In this document: piece after piece, positions 17,548 to 29,227 of the stretch
Layout of the letters: every line of letters starts with the position of its first letter
Position numbering within the stretch: position 1 is the stretch's first letter
DNA from: an uncultured Oscillospiraceae bacterium
Lineage (GTDB): Bacteria; Bacillota; Clostridia; Oscillospirales; Oscillospiraceae
DNA: 64,000 bases
NCBI GenBank assembly: GCA_947589225.1
Contig: CANQBC010000005.1
Span: forward strand, 9,006-73,005
Direction of reading: 5' to 3'
The notes under the pieces: generated by a model
What the model saw: the letters and a program-made list of their open reading frames with translations, nothing else
Told to the model about the DNA's origin: nothing
Database searches by the model: none
Position numbers and translations under genes: made by a program

Positions 17548-19560
17548 GTGAAAGAAACAGATACGCGTTTTGACCCTGAGGAGATAGATACCTCGGGCAT
17601 CACCCTTGACGACATTATAATGGAAGTCCACGCCGAAAACGGGATCAGGCCAAAAACCGCGCCCAATCAGGATCTCTCCGCGCTTTTGGGGAAATTTGGC
17701 GCAACGTCTGACGCTCCCTCTGTGACGCCCGTGCCCGCAAGGAGGCAGGAAAAGGCGGCGTCCGAGGGTGAAGTGTCCACCGGTGGAGCAAAGGCCGACC
17801 TTGAAAGCGGGGAACAGGATCCATCCGAGGGCTTTGACATCAGGGAATTTGAGCCTGACCTCGATGAGGACGACTACCCCGACCCCGCGGAAGGGAAACG
17901 CGGGGATGAAGAATACGAGGAATATGAGGACGAAGATGACGGCTCTTACGGTCGCTCGTCAGGCGGGGGTATTTTTTCCCGTGAGGTCATGATCCTTCTG
18001 TTTTCATCGCTGACCGCGCTGCTGCTCATCGGTATAGCCGTGGTTCCGGATCTTTTAGATCCATTTTGGAGCATCCTTGTGATCACGGGGATCGTCATTG
18101 AATGTGTTCCGCCGGTTATATGGACGTATCTTTATTTTAAGGACAAAGGACGCTCTCTGGCTCCTGCCATGATGCTTTTGGCAGCGGCTTTTAGTGCTAT
18201 TGCCGCGGAACTTGTGGAGGTTGGCGTGGCGCTTGCCATATTTAACGTTTGCTTCCTCTTCTTTGACAGGTTCTCCCGACAGAAGATAGGCGCTGCGCTT
18301 GACCGGCTATACGAGAAACGGGACGGCATGGATCCCGCGCGGGATATGCGTATGGACAGTTGTATCAAGGATCTTGAAAGCGGCCGGGTAAAATCGGTTG
18401 TAACGCTCCGTCGGCTCGAGCTTTTGACGCTTGCGGGCATGCTGGCGCTGTCTGTTTTGTTTACGCTTATACCGGCGCTTTTTGACCATATGAACTTCAT
18501 GAAGTGGGCGGCCCGCGCCTCCGTTATCATGGTGGTCTGCGTCTTTGGCGGAGAGCTTGGGGCGCTCATGTCCACCTTGAACGCCGTAGAGTCCGTATTT
18601 GACAACGGTCTGTGGATCGGCGGCACCGGAGTTATCGACGCCGCGGCTGATGTGACGAGCGTACTTTTTAACAAATCCGGCACGCTCACCGACGGGGAAT
18701 ATAAGGTGATCAACATCGATCCCGTAAGACTGAGCGAGGATCAGCTTTTGTATCTTGCCGTCTACGCCGGAGCATATTCAGAGCATCCCCTGAACAGGGC
18801 GCTTCGTGAATACACCGGCATCACACCGGACAAGTCCCGAATCGGCCGTCAGCGTATTGAACCCGGCTACGGAAGTCTTGTTCAACTTGAGGACGATATG
18901 ATAATCGGGATCGGAAACATCGACTTCATGGAGAAGCTGGGTGTGAAGGGCGATCTCTATGTGGCGGGAGAGACCTGCGTTTTTGTGAGCGTGGGACGGG
19001 TATGCGTTGGACGGATCGATTTCGCGGACACCATAAGGCCCGACGCCGTGACGGTGGTGCATGACCTTCGCAGGGCGGGCGTTGCCAACGTGGCCGTCAT
19101 GACCGGCGATAACGCCCTGTCCGCTACCAACACGGGCCGCAGGGTGGGTATCAGTGAGGTCTACTCAGATTGCAGACCCGGCGACAAGCTTGAAAGGCTC
19201 CAGTACATTCTCGACACGCAGGAGAAGGGCGACAGGACATGCTTCGTCACCAGCGCCGGCTCCGAGAGGGAGCTTCTGGAGATCTCCAATCTCAGTGTGA
19301 CGCTGGGGGTGGGCAATGACGCCACAGCCGCGTTCCCGGATGTGATCATCTCCAATAAGGAGCTGTCGCGGCTTCCCAAGCTCATGCGAATATCCCGTGA
19401 GGTGAGGCGGAATTTGACGTCCACGTTCTTTGCTTCCACAGCCGTACGAATTCTCGTCGTTATCCTCGGCATGACGGGAGTTTTGACCCTCTGGCTCGCC
19501 ACACTGATCATGATGCTGCTCCTGACGCTTGGATTCCTGAATTCCAACGTGAAGGCGTGA
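17548..19560 (+). CDS. P-type-ATPase-like membrane protein with degenerate catalytic motifs and an acidic N-terminal extension
   Basis: FNKSGTLTDG replaces the DKTGTLT phosphorylation motif. A typical MTGDNALSA...PGDKLERL (TGD region) is present. TSAGSERE sits where GDGxND is expected. No CPC/CPx metal motif was seen in the TM helices. The first ~140 residues are highly acidic (D/E-rich). Confidence 0.6.
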   Translation: MKETDTRFDPEEIDTSGITLDDIIMEVHAENGIRPKTAPNQDLSALLGKFGATSDAPSVTPVPARRQEKAASEGEVSTGGAKADLESGEQDPSEGFDIREFEPDLDEDDYPDPAEGKRGDEEYEEYEDEDDGSYGRSSGGGIFSREVMILLFSSLTALLLIGIAVVPDLLDPFWSILVITGIVIECVPPVIWTYLYFKDKGRSLAPAMMLLAAAFSAIAAELVEVGVALAIFNVCFLFFDRFSRQKIGAALDRLYEKRDGMDPARDMRMDSCIKDLESGRVKSVVTLRRLELLTLAGMLALSVLFTLIPALFDHMNFMKWAARASVIMVVCVFGGELGALMSTLNAVESVFDNGLWIGGTGVIDAAADVTSVLFNKSGTLTDGEYKVINIDPVRLSEDQLLYLAVYAGAYSEHPLNRALREYTGITPDKSRIGRQRIEPGYGSLVQLEDDMIIGIGNIDFMEKLGVKGDLYVAGETCVFVSVGRVCVGRIDFADTIRPDAVTVVHDLRRAGVANVAVMTGDNALSATNTGRRVGISEVYSDCRPGDKLERLQYILDTQEKGDRTCFVTSAGSERELLEISNLSVTLGVGNDATAAFPDVIISNKELSRLPKLMRISREVRRNLTSTFFASTAVRILVVILGMTGVLTLWLATLIMMLLLTLGFLNSNVKA

Positions 19561-19720
19561 GGAATACAACGCCGGTCAGGGAGGATCTTTCCGCCCTTGT
19601 CGCGCCATAAAATTTCCTTCGGCCCGCGCATAAACACGCGGCGGGGTAGAGGAGGGAAAAAGAAAGTCTCGGGTGGATGATGCGGCGTATTTCCAATTCC
19701 ATTTAACTGAAGCTTAATAA

Positions 19721-19765
19721 GAGAATGAGGATCTCAAATTTGGAAAATTTGAGATCCTCATTCTC
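19721..19765. terminator. Perfect 20-bp inverted repeat (bidirectional terminator candidate) between the ATPase-like gene and rnpB
   Basis: GAGAATGAGGATCTCAAATT - TGGAA - AATTTGAGATCCTCATTCTC. A second 11-bp hairpin, GGAGAAAAAGG/CCTTTTTCTCC, lies at 19781-19807, next to the 3' end of rnpB. Confidence 0.6.
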
Positions 19766-19812
19766 GCTTATATATATTTCGGAGAAAAAGGGCAAGCCTT
19801 TTTCTCCGGGCC

Positions 19813-20270
19813 GGTGACCGGGCCTGTAAGCCGGGTTCTGTCGTGGACAGCCATTAATCTAGACGTTCCGTTGCCGGAACGTTCAAGCCGTTTGGGGGAC
19901 GGACGGGCCGCCCTTTGTGTCCCCGTAGTTGCTCCGGATAGAGTTTACAGCGGCCGCGTGTCTCCACGCGCCGGGTGCGCTCTTACCGCACCTTTCCACC
20001 ATCTCCTCGCAGAAACCGCGTTACCTCGGACTCCCTGTCGGTCGTCCTCAGGCGCGGGTTTCGCTCGTCGATCCCCCACACGACCCGCTGACGCTGGGCT
20101 CGCGCGGGGACCCCGAATTTGAAACCGCTTTAGCGTTTTCGCGGGGAAGTCTATTTCTGTTGCACTTGTCCGAGGGTCGCCCCTGGCGGGTGTTACCCGT
20201 TATCCTTGCCCTGTGGAGCCCGGACTTTCCTCACGCGCATATGCGCCCGCGGCTGTCCGGCCCGGTCACC
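19813..20270 (-). ncRNA. rnpB: RNase P RNA (ribozyme subunit)
   Basis: The minus strand contains the universal GAGGAAAGTCCGGGCTCCACAGGGCA (P4 region) near the 5' end and ACAGAACCCGGCTTACAG near the 3' end. The P1 helix GGTGACCGGGCC / GGCCCGGTCACC closes the molecule. A TTGACA lies upstream (complement of 20301-20306). Confidence 0.85.
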
Positions 20271-20744
20271 GATGATTATGGTATTACATTTTCTCGGAAT
20301 TGTCAAGGGTGACATTTCATCGGCCCTTCCGCCTTATGCGCGCACGCTCCCTGAGTTCCCATGCGGATCAATGCGACGACTTTTCCACGATCTTTAATGG
20401 GACTTTACCAATAAAAAGGCTGCGGCAGTATCGTTGCAGCCTTTTCATACGGTAAACCACAGCCTGCGATCATTGAGTAGCAGCCATATCTCGGCTGCCA
20501 ATGAATGTGATGCGGCATATAGGGAAGTCGCTTACAGAATAGGATTGCAGGACGGTATAAAGCTTGCATCGGAGATACAGAGAATTAAACAGATGCTTAC
20601 CGGGGAAAGACATTTTCAGACGGAAAATGCCTTTTCCCGTATATGTGAAGTGAATGGGGAAAGTTAATGAAAATGCGGTAGAAAAAAGGGCGTGATTGTG
20701 GTAGAATATGAATGAAACAAATCGGAATTTGTGAGGAAGAAGTA

Positions 20745-21245
20745 ATGACAATAAAATATAGAAAAGCAGAGCCAAATGATATTGAAGAAATATGCAGTAT
20801 AGTTCATGATGCTGTACATGTTATGGAGCGAGATAATATTTTACAATGGGATGATTTATATCCTGCGAAAGGAGATTTTCAGGAAGATATTAAGAAAAGT
20901 CAACTTTATGTTGGGTTAGTAAATGGTCAAATAGCGATTATGTATACCTTAAATCAAGAATGTGATAAAGCATATGAAAACGGCAAATGGAAATATAAGG
21001 ATGAGCCTTTTTATATCGTACATAGGCTTTGTGTGAATCCGACTTTTCAAAATAAAGGAATTGCTAAATCTACACTATTATATATTGAAAAGCAATTAAA
21101 GGAAATAGACATTCATGTAATTCGCTTAGATGTATTCTCTAATAACCCGTTTGCATTAAGACTGTATAATTCTTTGGGTTATTCGAAAGTTGGTCATGCT
21201 GATTGGCGAAAAGGAAAATTCTTTTTGATGGAAAAGTGTTTTTAG
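20745..21245 (+). CDS. GNAT-family N-acetyltransferase, in an AT-rich islet
   Basis: Acetyl-CoA motif A HRLCVNPTFQNKGIAKSTL. The start at MTIKYRK follows GAGGAAG. Base composition is strikingly AT-rich compared with both flanks. Confidence 0.75.
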   Translation: MTIKYRKAEPNDIEEICSIVHDAVHVMERDNILQWDDLYPAKGDFQEDIKKSQLYVGLVNGQIAIMYTLNQECDKAYENGKWKYKDEPFYIVHRLCVNPTFQNKGIAKSTLLYIEKQLKEIDIHVIRLDVFSNNPFALRLYNSLGYSKVGHADWRKGKFFLMEKCF

Positions 21246-21527
21246 CTATAAATTCCCGTTTGTCAAACTAACGTCTTGCACAGTTACAATTAAAGCAGAA
21301 ATATATCGTCAAAGCGTATAGAGTAACATCTATGCGCTTTTGTATTATAGACATTTACAGCGTCAGCGCAGAAAGGAGAGAGGACTCATTTGCGGAGATT
21401 AAAACGAATACGGGCAGTCTGTTAGGCGGCATTTTCCATAAAACGGAGACGCATTGCAAGTATAATATATTTGCAAAATGCGCCGTCCGGTAGTATAATA
21501 GTGATATCTTTTTTTGAGGAGCTTGAT

Positions 21528-22898
21528 ATGACACTATCTCAATATATCGATTCTTTAAAGGGCAAACGCGTGACCGTTCTGGGGCTGGGCGTCAGCAACA
21601 GGCCGCTGGTGAAGCTTTTGCTGGACGCCGGCATCGACCTTACCGTTCGGGACGCGGCTTCCACGGAGCAGCTGGGTGGAATTGTGACTGAGCTTCTTGA
21701 GCACGGTTGCAAGATCGTCACAGGGGAGGACTACCTCAAGGACATCAAGGCGGACGTTATCTTCCGTTCGCCAGGCATCATGCCTCACGAGCCGGGAATT
21801 GTTGAGGCGGTGAAAGAAGGCGCCGTGCTCACCAGCGAGATGGAGGCGTTTTTTGAGGTATGCCCCTGCAAGATCATCGCCGTCACCGGTTCAGACGGCA
21901 AGACGACCACTACCACGGTCATTTCCGAGATGCTGAAGGCGGATGGGAAAACTGTACATGTGGGCGGGAACATCGGCACTCCGCTTCTTGACAAAGCGGA
22001 CTCCATGAAGCCGGAGGACGTAGCGGTGCTGGAGCTTTCGTCCTTCCAACTGATGACGATGAAAAAGTCCCCGGACATGGCGCTGGTGACAAACGTCGCG
22101 CCAAACCACCTTGACAAGCACAAGGACATGGACGAGTACGTCGACGCGAAGCGGAACATATTTCAGAATATTCCTCACCCCGGGGTCGTGGCATTGAACG
22201 CCGACAACGACATGACCCGTTCCTTCGCCGACGCGGCGGGGGAGGACGTGCGGTTTTTCTCAAGGCGGGACGTTGTAGAAAACGGCGCTTATCTTGAGAA
22301 CGGCACGCTCTTCGTCTCCAGGGACGGGAAGGCGGAGGCAGTCCTGCCGGCGGAGAAAATATTTATTCCGGGCGAACACAACGTGGAGAATTACCTGGGG
22401 GCTTTCGCGCTTTTGTATGGCGAGGTGTCCCTCGGATCCATGGCTCGCACCGCGGAGACGTTCCGGGGCGTGGAGCACCGCATCGAGCTTGTGCGGGAGC
22501 TGAGGGGCGTCAAATATTACAACGATTCCATAGCGTCCAGCCCGTCACGGACGCGGGCGGGACTTCGTGCCTTTGATCAGAAGGTCATCCTTATTGCCGG
22601 CGGCAAGGACAAAGGCGTGCCGTTTGATCCGCTGGGGGAGGATATAAAGGAGCATGTGAAGATTCTGGTGCTCACGGGGCTCGCGGCGGACAAAATTGAA
22701 AAAGCGGCAAAGGACGCCGGGTTTGAGGGGCCGATCATCAAAAAAGAGGACTTTAAGGACGCGGTTCTGGCCGCCAGCGCCGAGGCCGGGGAGGGGGATG
22801 TGGTGATACTTTCACCCGCCTGCACCTCCTTTGACCGATTCAAAAACTTTGCCGAGCGCGGCAACCGCTTCAAAGAGATTGTTATGGGGATCGAGTGA
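21528..22898 (+). CDS. murD: UDP-N-acetylmuramoyl-L-alanine--D-glutamate ligase
   Basis: VLGLGVSNRPL Rossmann-like N-terminus and the Mur ligase P-loop VTGSDGKTTTT. GAGGA RBS before the ATG at 21528. Confidence 0.9.
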   Translation: MTLSQYIDSLKGKRVTVLGLGVSNRPLVKLLLDAGIDLTVRDAASTEQLGGIVTELLEHGCKIVTGEDYLKDIKADVIFRSPGIMPHEPGIVEAVKEGAVLTSEMEAFFEVCPCKIIAVTGSDGKTTTTTVISEMLKADGKTVHVGGNIGTPLLDKADSMKPEDVAVLELSSFQLMTMKKSPDMALVTNVAPNHLDKHKDMDEYVDAKRNIFQNIPHPGVVALNADNDMTRSFADAAGEDVRFFSRRDVVENGAYLENGTLFVSRDGKAEAVLPAEKIFIPGEHNVENYLGAFALLYGEVSLGSMARTAETFRGVEHRIELVRELRGVKYYNDSIASSPSRTRAGLRAFDQKVILIAGGKDKGVPFDPLGEDIKEHVKILVLTGLAADKIEKAAKDAGFEGPIIKKEDFKDAVLAASAEAGEGDVVILSPACTSFDRFKNFAERGNRFKEIVMGIE

Positions 22899-24136
22899 TG
22901 GATCAGTTATTTGAGCTTTCAAAGAGGGCCGAGGCGGACTGCGCGGAGGTCTTTAAAAGGATTGACGCGGTTTCGGAGATAAACACCGGAAAAGTGCTAA
23001 GGGCGTTCCAGAAACACCGGGTCAGCGCGCCAATGTTTGCCGAAACCACCGGATATGGCTATGACGACCTGGGCCGGGACACGTTGGAAACGATCTGGGC
23101 CGAGGTGTTCGGCGCGGAGGCGGCGCTAGTCAGGCAGAATTATGTAAACGGAACCCACGCCATTGCGTCGGCGATGTACGCCTGTCTCCGGCCGGGGGAC
23201 ACGCTTCTGGCGGCCACCGGCGCACCCTACGATACGCTTCAAAGCGTCATAGGCATCACCGGGAACTATCCGGGAAACATGGGGCAGTATGGGATAAGCT
23301 ACGCGCAGGTGGATCTCAAGTCCGACGGGACACCGGATATCGAGGGCATTAAAAAGGCCGCGGCGGACAAATCCGTCAAGGTCGTTGAGGTGCAGCGCTC
23401 CTCAGGATATGCCACACGTCCCGCGCTTTCGGTTGACATAATCGAAAGGATATGCGATGCCGTACATTATGTAAACTCTGGTGCCGCGGTCGTGGTGGAC
23501 AACTGCTACGGGGAATTTACGGAGATCAGGGAGCCTTGCGACGTGGGGGCTGACCTTATCGCTGGATCCCTTATCAAGAATCCCGGCGGGGGGCTTGCGC
23601 CGACGGGGGGGTATGTGGCCGGACGGCGGGATCTGGTAGAAGCCGCGGCCATGCGTCTGACAGTCCCCGGCATTGGCGGTGAGTGCGGCTGCTCGCCCTT
23701 TGGGTCGAGGCTTTTCTATCAGGGACTTTTCACCGCGCCCCACGTGACAGCCCAGGCGCTGAAAACGGCGGTGTTTGCCGCGCGGATGACGGAGCTGATG
23801 GGATACGCCTCCAGGCCGGCTTTTGACGCGCCCCGGAGCGATATTATTCAGTCCATTGATCTTGGCAAGCCGGAGCTTCTTGTCAAGTTCTGCAAGGGCA
23901 TCCAGTTTGGCTCGCCGGTGGATTCATACGTCACTCCGGAGCCCTGGGATATGCCGGGGTACGAGGACAAGGTCATTATGGCCGCCGGTACTTTCGTGCA
24001 GGGCGCTTCCATTGAGCTTTCCTGCGACGGGCCCATGCGGGAGCCGTACACGGCCTATATGCAGGGCGGAATAACCTATGAGGCCGGCAAGCTGGGCGTT
24101 TTGAGCGCCCTTGAGAGTCTTACAGAAAAAATGTAG
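22895..24136 (+). CDS. PLP-dependent Cys/Met-metabolism-fold protein (YnbB / aluminium-resistance family)
   Basis: The N-terminal pattern (...INTGKVLRAFQKHRVS...TGYGYDDLGRD) and the size match the YnbB-like family. 4-nt overlap with murD. Confidence 0.65.
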   Translation: MMDQLFELSKRAEADCAEVFKRIDAVSEINTGKVLRAFQKHRVSAPMFAETTGYGYDDLGRDTLETIWAEVFGAEAALVRQNYVNGTHAIASAMYACLRPGDTLLAATGAPYDTLQSVIGITGNYPGNMGQYGISYAQVDLKSDGTPDIEGIKKAAADKSVKVVEVQRSSGYATRPALSVDIIERICDAVHYVNSGAAVVVDNCYGEFTEIREPCDVGADLIAGSLIKNPGGGLAPTGGYVAGRRDLVEAAAMRLTVPGIGGECGCSPFGSRLFYQGLFTAPHVTAQALKTAVFAARMTELMGYASRPAFDAPRSDIIQSIDLGKPELLVKFCKGIQFGSPVDSYVTPEPWDMPGYEDKVIMAAGTFVQGASIELSCDGPMREPYTAYMQGGITYEAGKLGVLSALESLTEKM

Positions 24137-24181
24137 GATTTTTGTGCGCTCGCGCATATAATCCACCGGGGGTGGGTATAT

Positions 24182-24826
24182 ATGCGGAGGATCAGGAGGA
24201 TCGTCTGGAGCCTGAGGAGAAAGAGGTTTGGCATCGGGCTCGTGATCTTAGGCGCGGGAGTGCTGGTTATTACGCTTCTGCTGACAGTGAAGCTGACGCC
24301 CACAGTGACGGAGCTGGCTCTGGCCACGGCTACGGACGATATCACCATTATCGTCAACGACGTGGTGTCGGATATACTGAATGAGGGAGAGCTGGACTAC
24401 GAAAACCTTGTTACCTTGGAGCGTGACGCTTCCGGCTCGGTGACAGCGCTTATCGCCAATTCCGCCAATATAAACGCCTTGAAGGCCAGGATCACAAACG
24501 CGGTGGTGGAGAGGTTTGCGGATACGGATATCACACATGTCACCGTGCCGCTGGGGAATCTCATCGGCGGGACGCTTCTCTCGGGCAAGGGGCCAAGGGT
24601 GAAGCTGGACATACTGTCGGTGACAAATGTGGTGACCAGTTTTCGGAATGAATTTACCTCAGCCGGGATAAATCAGACAAGACACAGGATAATAATGGAT
24701 GTGGAAGTCTCGCTCGAGGTGCTTTTGGGGCCCGACAGTGGGACGGACGCGGTGCTCACCGAGGTGATCGTGGCCGAGACGGTGATAGTCGGCTCTGTTC
24801 CGTCAGCTTACGCGTCGCTGCAATGA
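24182..24826 (+). CDS. yunB: Sporulation protein YunB-like
   Basis: Basic N-terminus plus a single TM helix, then a ~180-aa domain ending ...NQTRHRIIMDVEVSLEVL.... Size and architecture fit YunB. The assignment is from memory of the family only. Confidence 0.5.
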   Translation: MRRIRRIVWSLRRKRFGIGLVILGAGVLVITLLLTVKLTPTVTELALATATDDITIIVNDVVSDILNEGELDYENLVTLERDASGSVTALIANSANINALKARITNAVVERFADTDITHVTVPLGNLIGGTLLSGKGPRVKLDILSVTNVVTSFRNEFTSAGINQTRHRIIMDVEVSLEVLLGPDSGTDAVLTEVIVAETVIVGSVPSAYASLQ

Positions 24827-26812
<1,986 letters not shown>

Positions 26813-26850
26813 AAGAACTTGGCACCACACAGCACTTTTGAGGTATTTCA

Positions 26851-29166
26851 ATGAAAAAAAGCGTTTTTTCCATAATTATCACAGCAATACTGGCCGTAAC
26901 GTTCATTCCCTCCTCCTGCGCTGCCCAGGGTGGAACCGGAGATGCGCTCTATGAGAACACCTGGGAGCTGATGGATGGATTTTATTACACGAATACCATC
27001 TCCAACAATTCCTCCGGCAAGCGGGTCGAGACCTTCTCCGTGGAGACCACGCCAGACAGCCCGGTGTATCCGATTGTTATGGCGGAGGACAAGATATATT
27101 CCACAATGACGATCGACAAGATGGTGGAGTATGCCCAAAGCATTGGGCTCAACGTCCACGCGGCCATAAACGCCGATTTCTTCTACACCTCCATGAGCAT
27201 GCCTCTTGGCGGCGTCATCCAGGAGGGGGAATACATAACCGACATGAACGATGAGAATATGCTGGCTTTCGGCGATGAAGGGGCATTTTTCGTAAGCGGG
27301 CCCAAGGTGGAGATGACGCTTGAAAACCATGGCGGCGGAGAGTACACCGATGGGCAGTCGGGCGAGACACACTCTAACAAGGGGGTCAACGTGCGCGTCA
27401 CTCACTACAACAAGATGCGCACCCAGACAGGAGGGATGTTCCTCTACACAAGCGCGTATCATGAAAGCTCCACCCAAACGAATCTTCCCGGATGGGCGGT
27501 GATTTTTAAAATCCTTGAGGGGACTGTAACCGTGTCCGGCGAGGTTCGTTTACAGGTGGAGGAGGTCATACCGGACGGCCGGAACTTCAAGCTGGATGAG
27601 CAGCACATGGTACTGACAGCGCAAAGCACAAGCGTCTATCCCGAGGGGTACAAGAGCTTCAGCGTAGGCGACGAGGTCACGCTGAAAACGGTTTGCTCAG
27701 ATAAAAAACTTATAGACGCCAAATGGGGCACCGGGTGCGGCGACGCCATTGTGATGGACGGTGCGGTCACAAAAAAGGACAGTTGGGATAAGGATCTTAC
27801 AAGCATCCATCCCAGGACGGCGCTGGGGATCAAGCCGGACGGCTCCGTCATTGCCTACGTTGTGGACGGACGGCAGAGCGCCTATTCAAACGGAGCGCTT
27901 CTGGAGGAGATCGCCGCGGATATGTTAGCCCGCGGGTGCGTAACTGTTGTGAATCTGGACGGCGGGGCGTCGTCGGTCATGAGCGTCAGGATGCCGGGGC
28001 AGAAGCTGAGCTCCATTGTCAACCGGCCTTCCAACGGCGCGCCGAGAAGCTGTTCCTCCTACATACTTTTTGTATCGGACACCGAAACCGACGGAGATGC
28101 CGCCAGGCTGAATGTTTCCCAGGACGGGGCGTTTGTGCTGGCCAGATCTGAGCTCCCCCTGGAGTTTACCGCCACGGACGGCGGCGGTATGCCCGCCAAG
28201 GTTCCGGAGGACATTGTCGTTACGGCTAAGCTTGGCACCTTTGCGGACGGGGTCTACACCGCCGGGGACGAGGGCGGAGTTGACGTTCTGTCTCTTTGGT
28301 CGCCGTCGTTGGGTATTGGCGGCGAGTGCCGGATCCATGTTTTGACCGAGGTGGATTCCATATCTGTCACCGATGCCGGGACGGGCAAGGCCCCCGGGCT
28401 TACGGGGCTTGAGGATGGGGACAGCATTAAGCTGAATGTCTCCGCCCTGAGGCTTACACGGTCCGTCGCGGTCACGCAAGCGCTTGTGGAGTATTCGCTC
28501 ACCGAGGGGATTGGGACTGTCACAGACGGTGTTTTGACGGTGACTGAAGGGGATGTGTATGAGGGGACGCTCACCGCGGCCCTCGGAGGAAAGACGGTGG
28601 AGATCCCCGTGACGCGCCATAAACCCACGGGATTCCCCGACACGAAGGGGCATTGGGCGGACGCGGATATAGCACTGCTGCGGGACAGCGGCGTTGTCGG
28701 AGGCTACGGGGACGGAAACTTCTATCCGGAAAACCCCATGACCAGGGCGGAGTTTGTAACGATGTTATGGAAAGCCCTTGACCAGCCGAAAGTGGGATCT
28801 GCGTGTACCTTTAACGATGTCGCCCCGGGCAGTTGGTACTACGATCAGATCGCCTGGGCTCAAGCCGTCGGCATTACCAATGGCTCAGGAGATGGGGGAT
28901 TTTCACCTGACGGTTTTTTGACCCGCGAGCAGGGATTTACCATGATCTACCGGCTCCTGTCCACCATGCGCATGGAGCTACCGGAGCCCGACAGGACTGT
29001 GCTTGAGGCGTTTGCCGACGCCGGAGACGTGTCGGATTACGCCGCGGACGGCATATCCAGTCTTGTAAAGTACGGGTTGGTAAACGGGATGGGAAATATG
29101 CTTTCCCCGCAGGGTACGCTCAAAAGGGCGCAAATGGCTGCTCTTTTGGTCAGGGCACTTTTCTGA
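26851..29166 (+). CDS. Secreted phosphodiester glycosidase-family (DUF2233-like) protein with C-terminal SLH cell-wall anchor repeats
   Basis: N-terminal signal peptide, a central NLDGGASS motif, and three SLH-like repeats at the C-terminus (FPDTKGHWADADI..., FNDVAPGSWYYDQIAWA..., FADAGDVSDYAADGISSL...). Confidence 0.65.
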   Translation: MKKSVFSIIITAILAVTFIPSSCAAQGGTGDALYENTWELMDGFYYTNTISNNSSGKRVETFSVETTPDSPVYPIVMAEDKIYSTMTIDKMVEYAQSIGLNVHAAINADFFYTSMSMPLGGVIQEGEYITDMNDENMLAFGDEGAFFVSGPKVEMTLENHGGGEYTDGQSGETHSNKGVNVRVTHYNKMRTQTGGMFLYTSAYHESSTQTNLPGWAVIFKILEGTVTVSGEVRLQVEEVIPDGRNFKLDEQHMVLTAQSTSVYPEGYKSFSVGDEVTLKTVCSDKKLIDAKWGTGCGDAIVMDGAVTKKDSWDKDLTSIHPRTALGIKPDGSVIAYVVDGRQSAYSNGALLEEIAADMLARGCVTVVNLDGGASSVMSVRMPGQKLSSIVNRPSNGAPRSCSSYILFVSDTETDGDAARLNVSQDGAFVLARSELPLEFTATDGGGMPAKVPEDIVVTAKLGTFADGVYTAGDEGGVDVLSLWSPSLGIGGECRIHVLTEVDSISVTDAGTGKAPGLTGLEDGDSIKLNVSALRLTRSVAVTQALVEYSLTEGIGTVTDGVLTVTEGDVYEGTLTAALGGKTVEIPVTRHKPTGFPDTKGHWADADIALLRDSGVVGGYGDGNFYPENPMTRAEFVTMLWKALDQPKVGSACTFNDVAPGSWYYDQIAWAQAVGITNGSGDGGFSPDGFLTREQGFTMIYRLLSTMRMELPEPDRTVLEAFADAGDVSDYAADGISSLVKYGLVNGMGNMLSPQGTLKRAQMAALLVRALF

Positions 29167-29176
29167 ATAAAAAATC

Positions 29177-29200
29177 GACGGCGCGGTTTTCCGCGCCGTC
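29177..29200. terminator. Bidirectional terminator between the SLH protein gene and the cotJC fragment
   Basis: GACGGCGCGG-TTTT-CCGCGCCGTC. It is flanked by an A run on the plus strand, which reads as a T run on the minus strand. Confidence 0.6.
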
Positions 29201-29227
29201 ATTATCGATCCAGAGGCTTTTTACCGG

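Noticed and set aside
19814-20397. Three overlapping plus-strand ORFs (19814-20122, 19929-20312, 20206-20397).
   Set aside because: The region is RNase P RNA on the minus strand, with conserved P4 and 3' motifs and a closing helix. The ORFs have no RBS and give nonsense-like products.
20434-20667. A 77-aa ORF at the left edge of the AT-rich islet.
   Set aside because: It starts inside a terminator-like hairpin and has no RBS. Only its C-terminal third looks protein-like, so it is probably a gene fragment. It is mentioned under the islet finding but not called as a feature.
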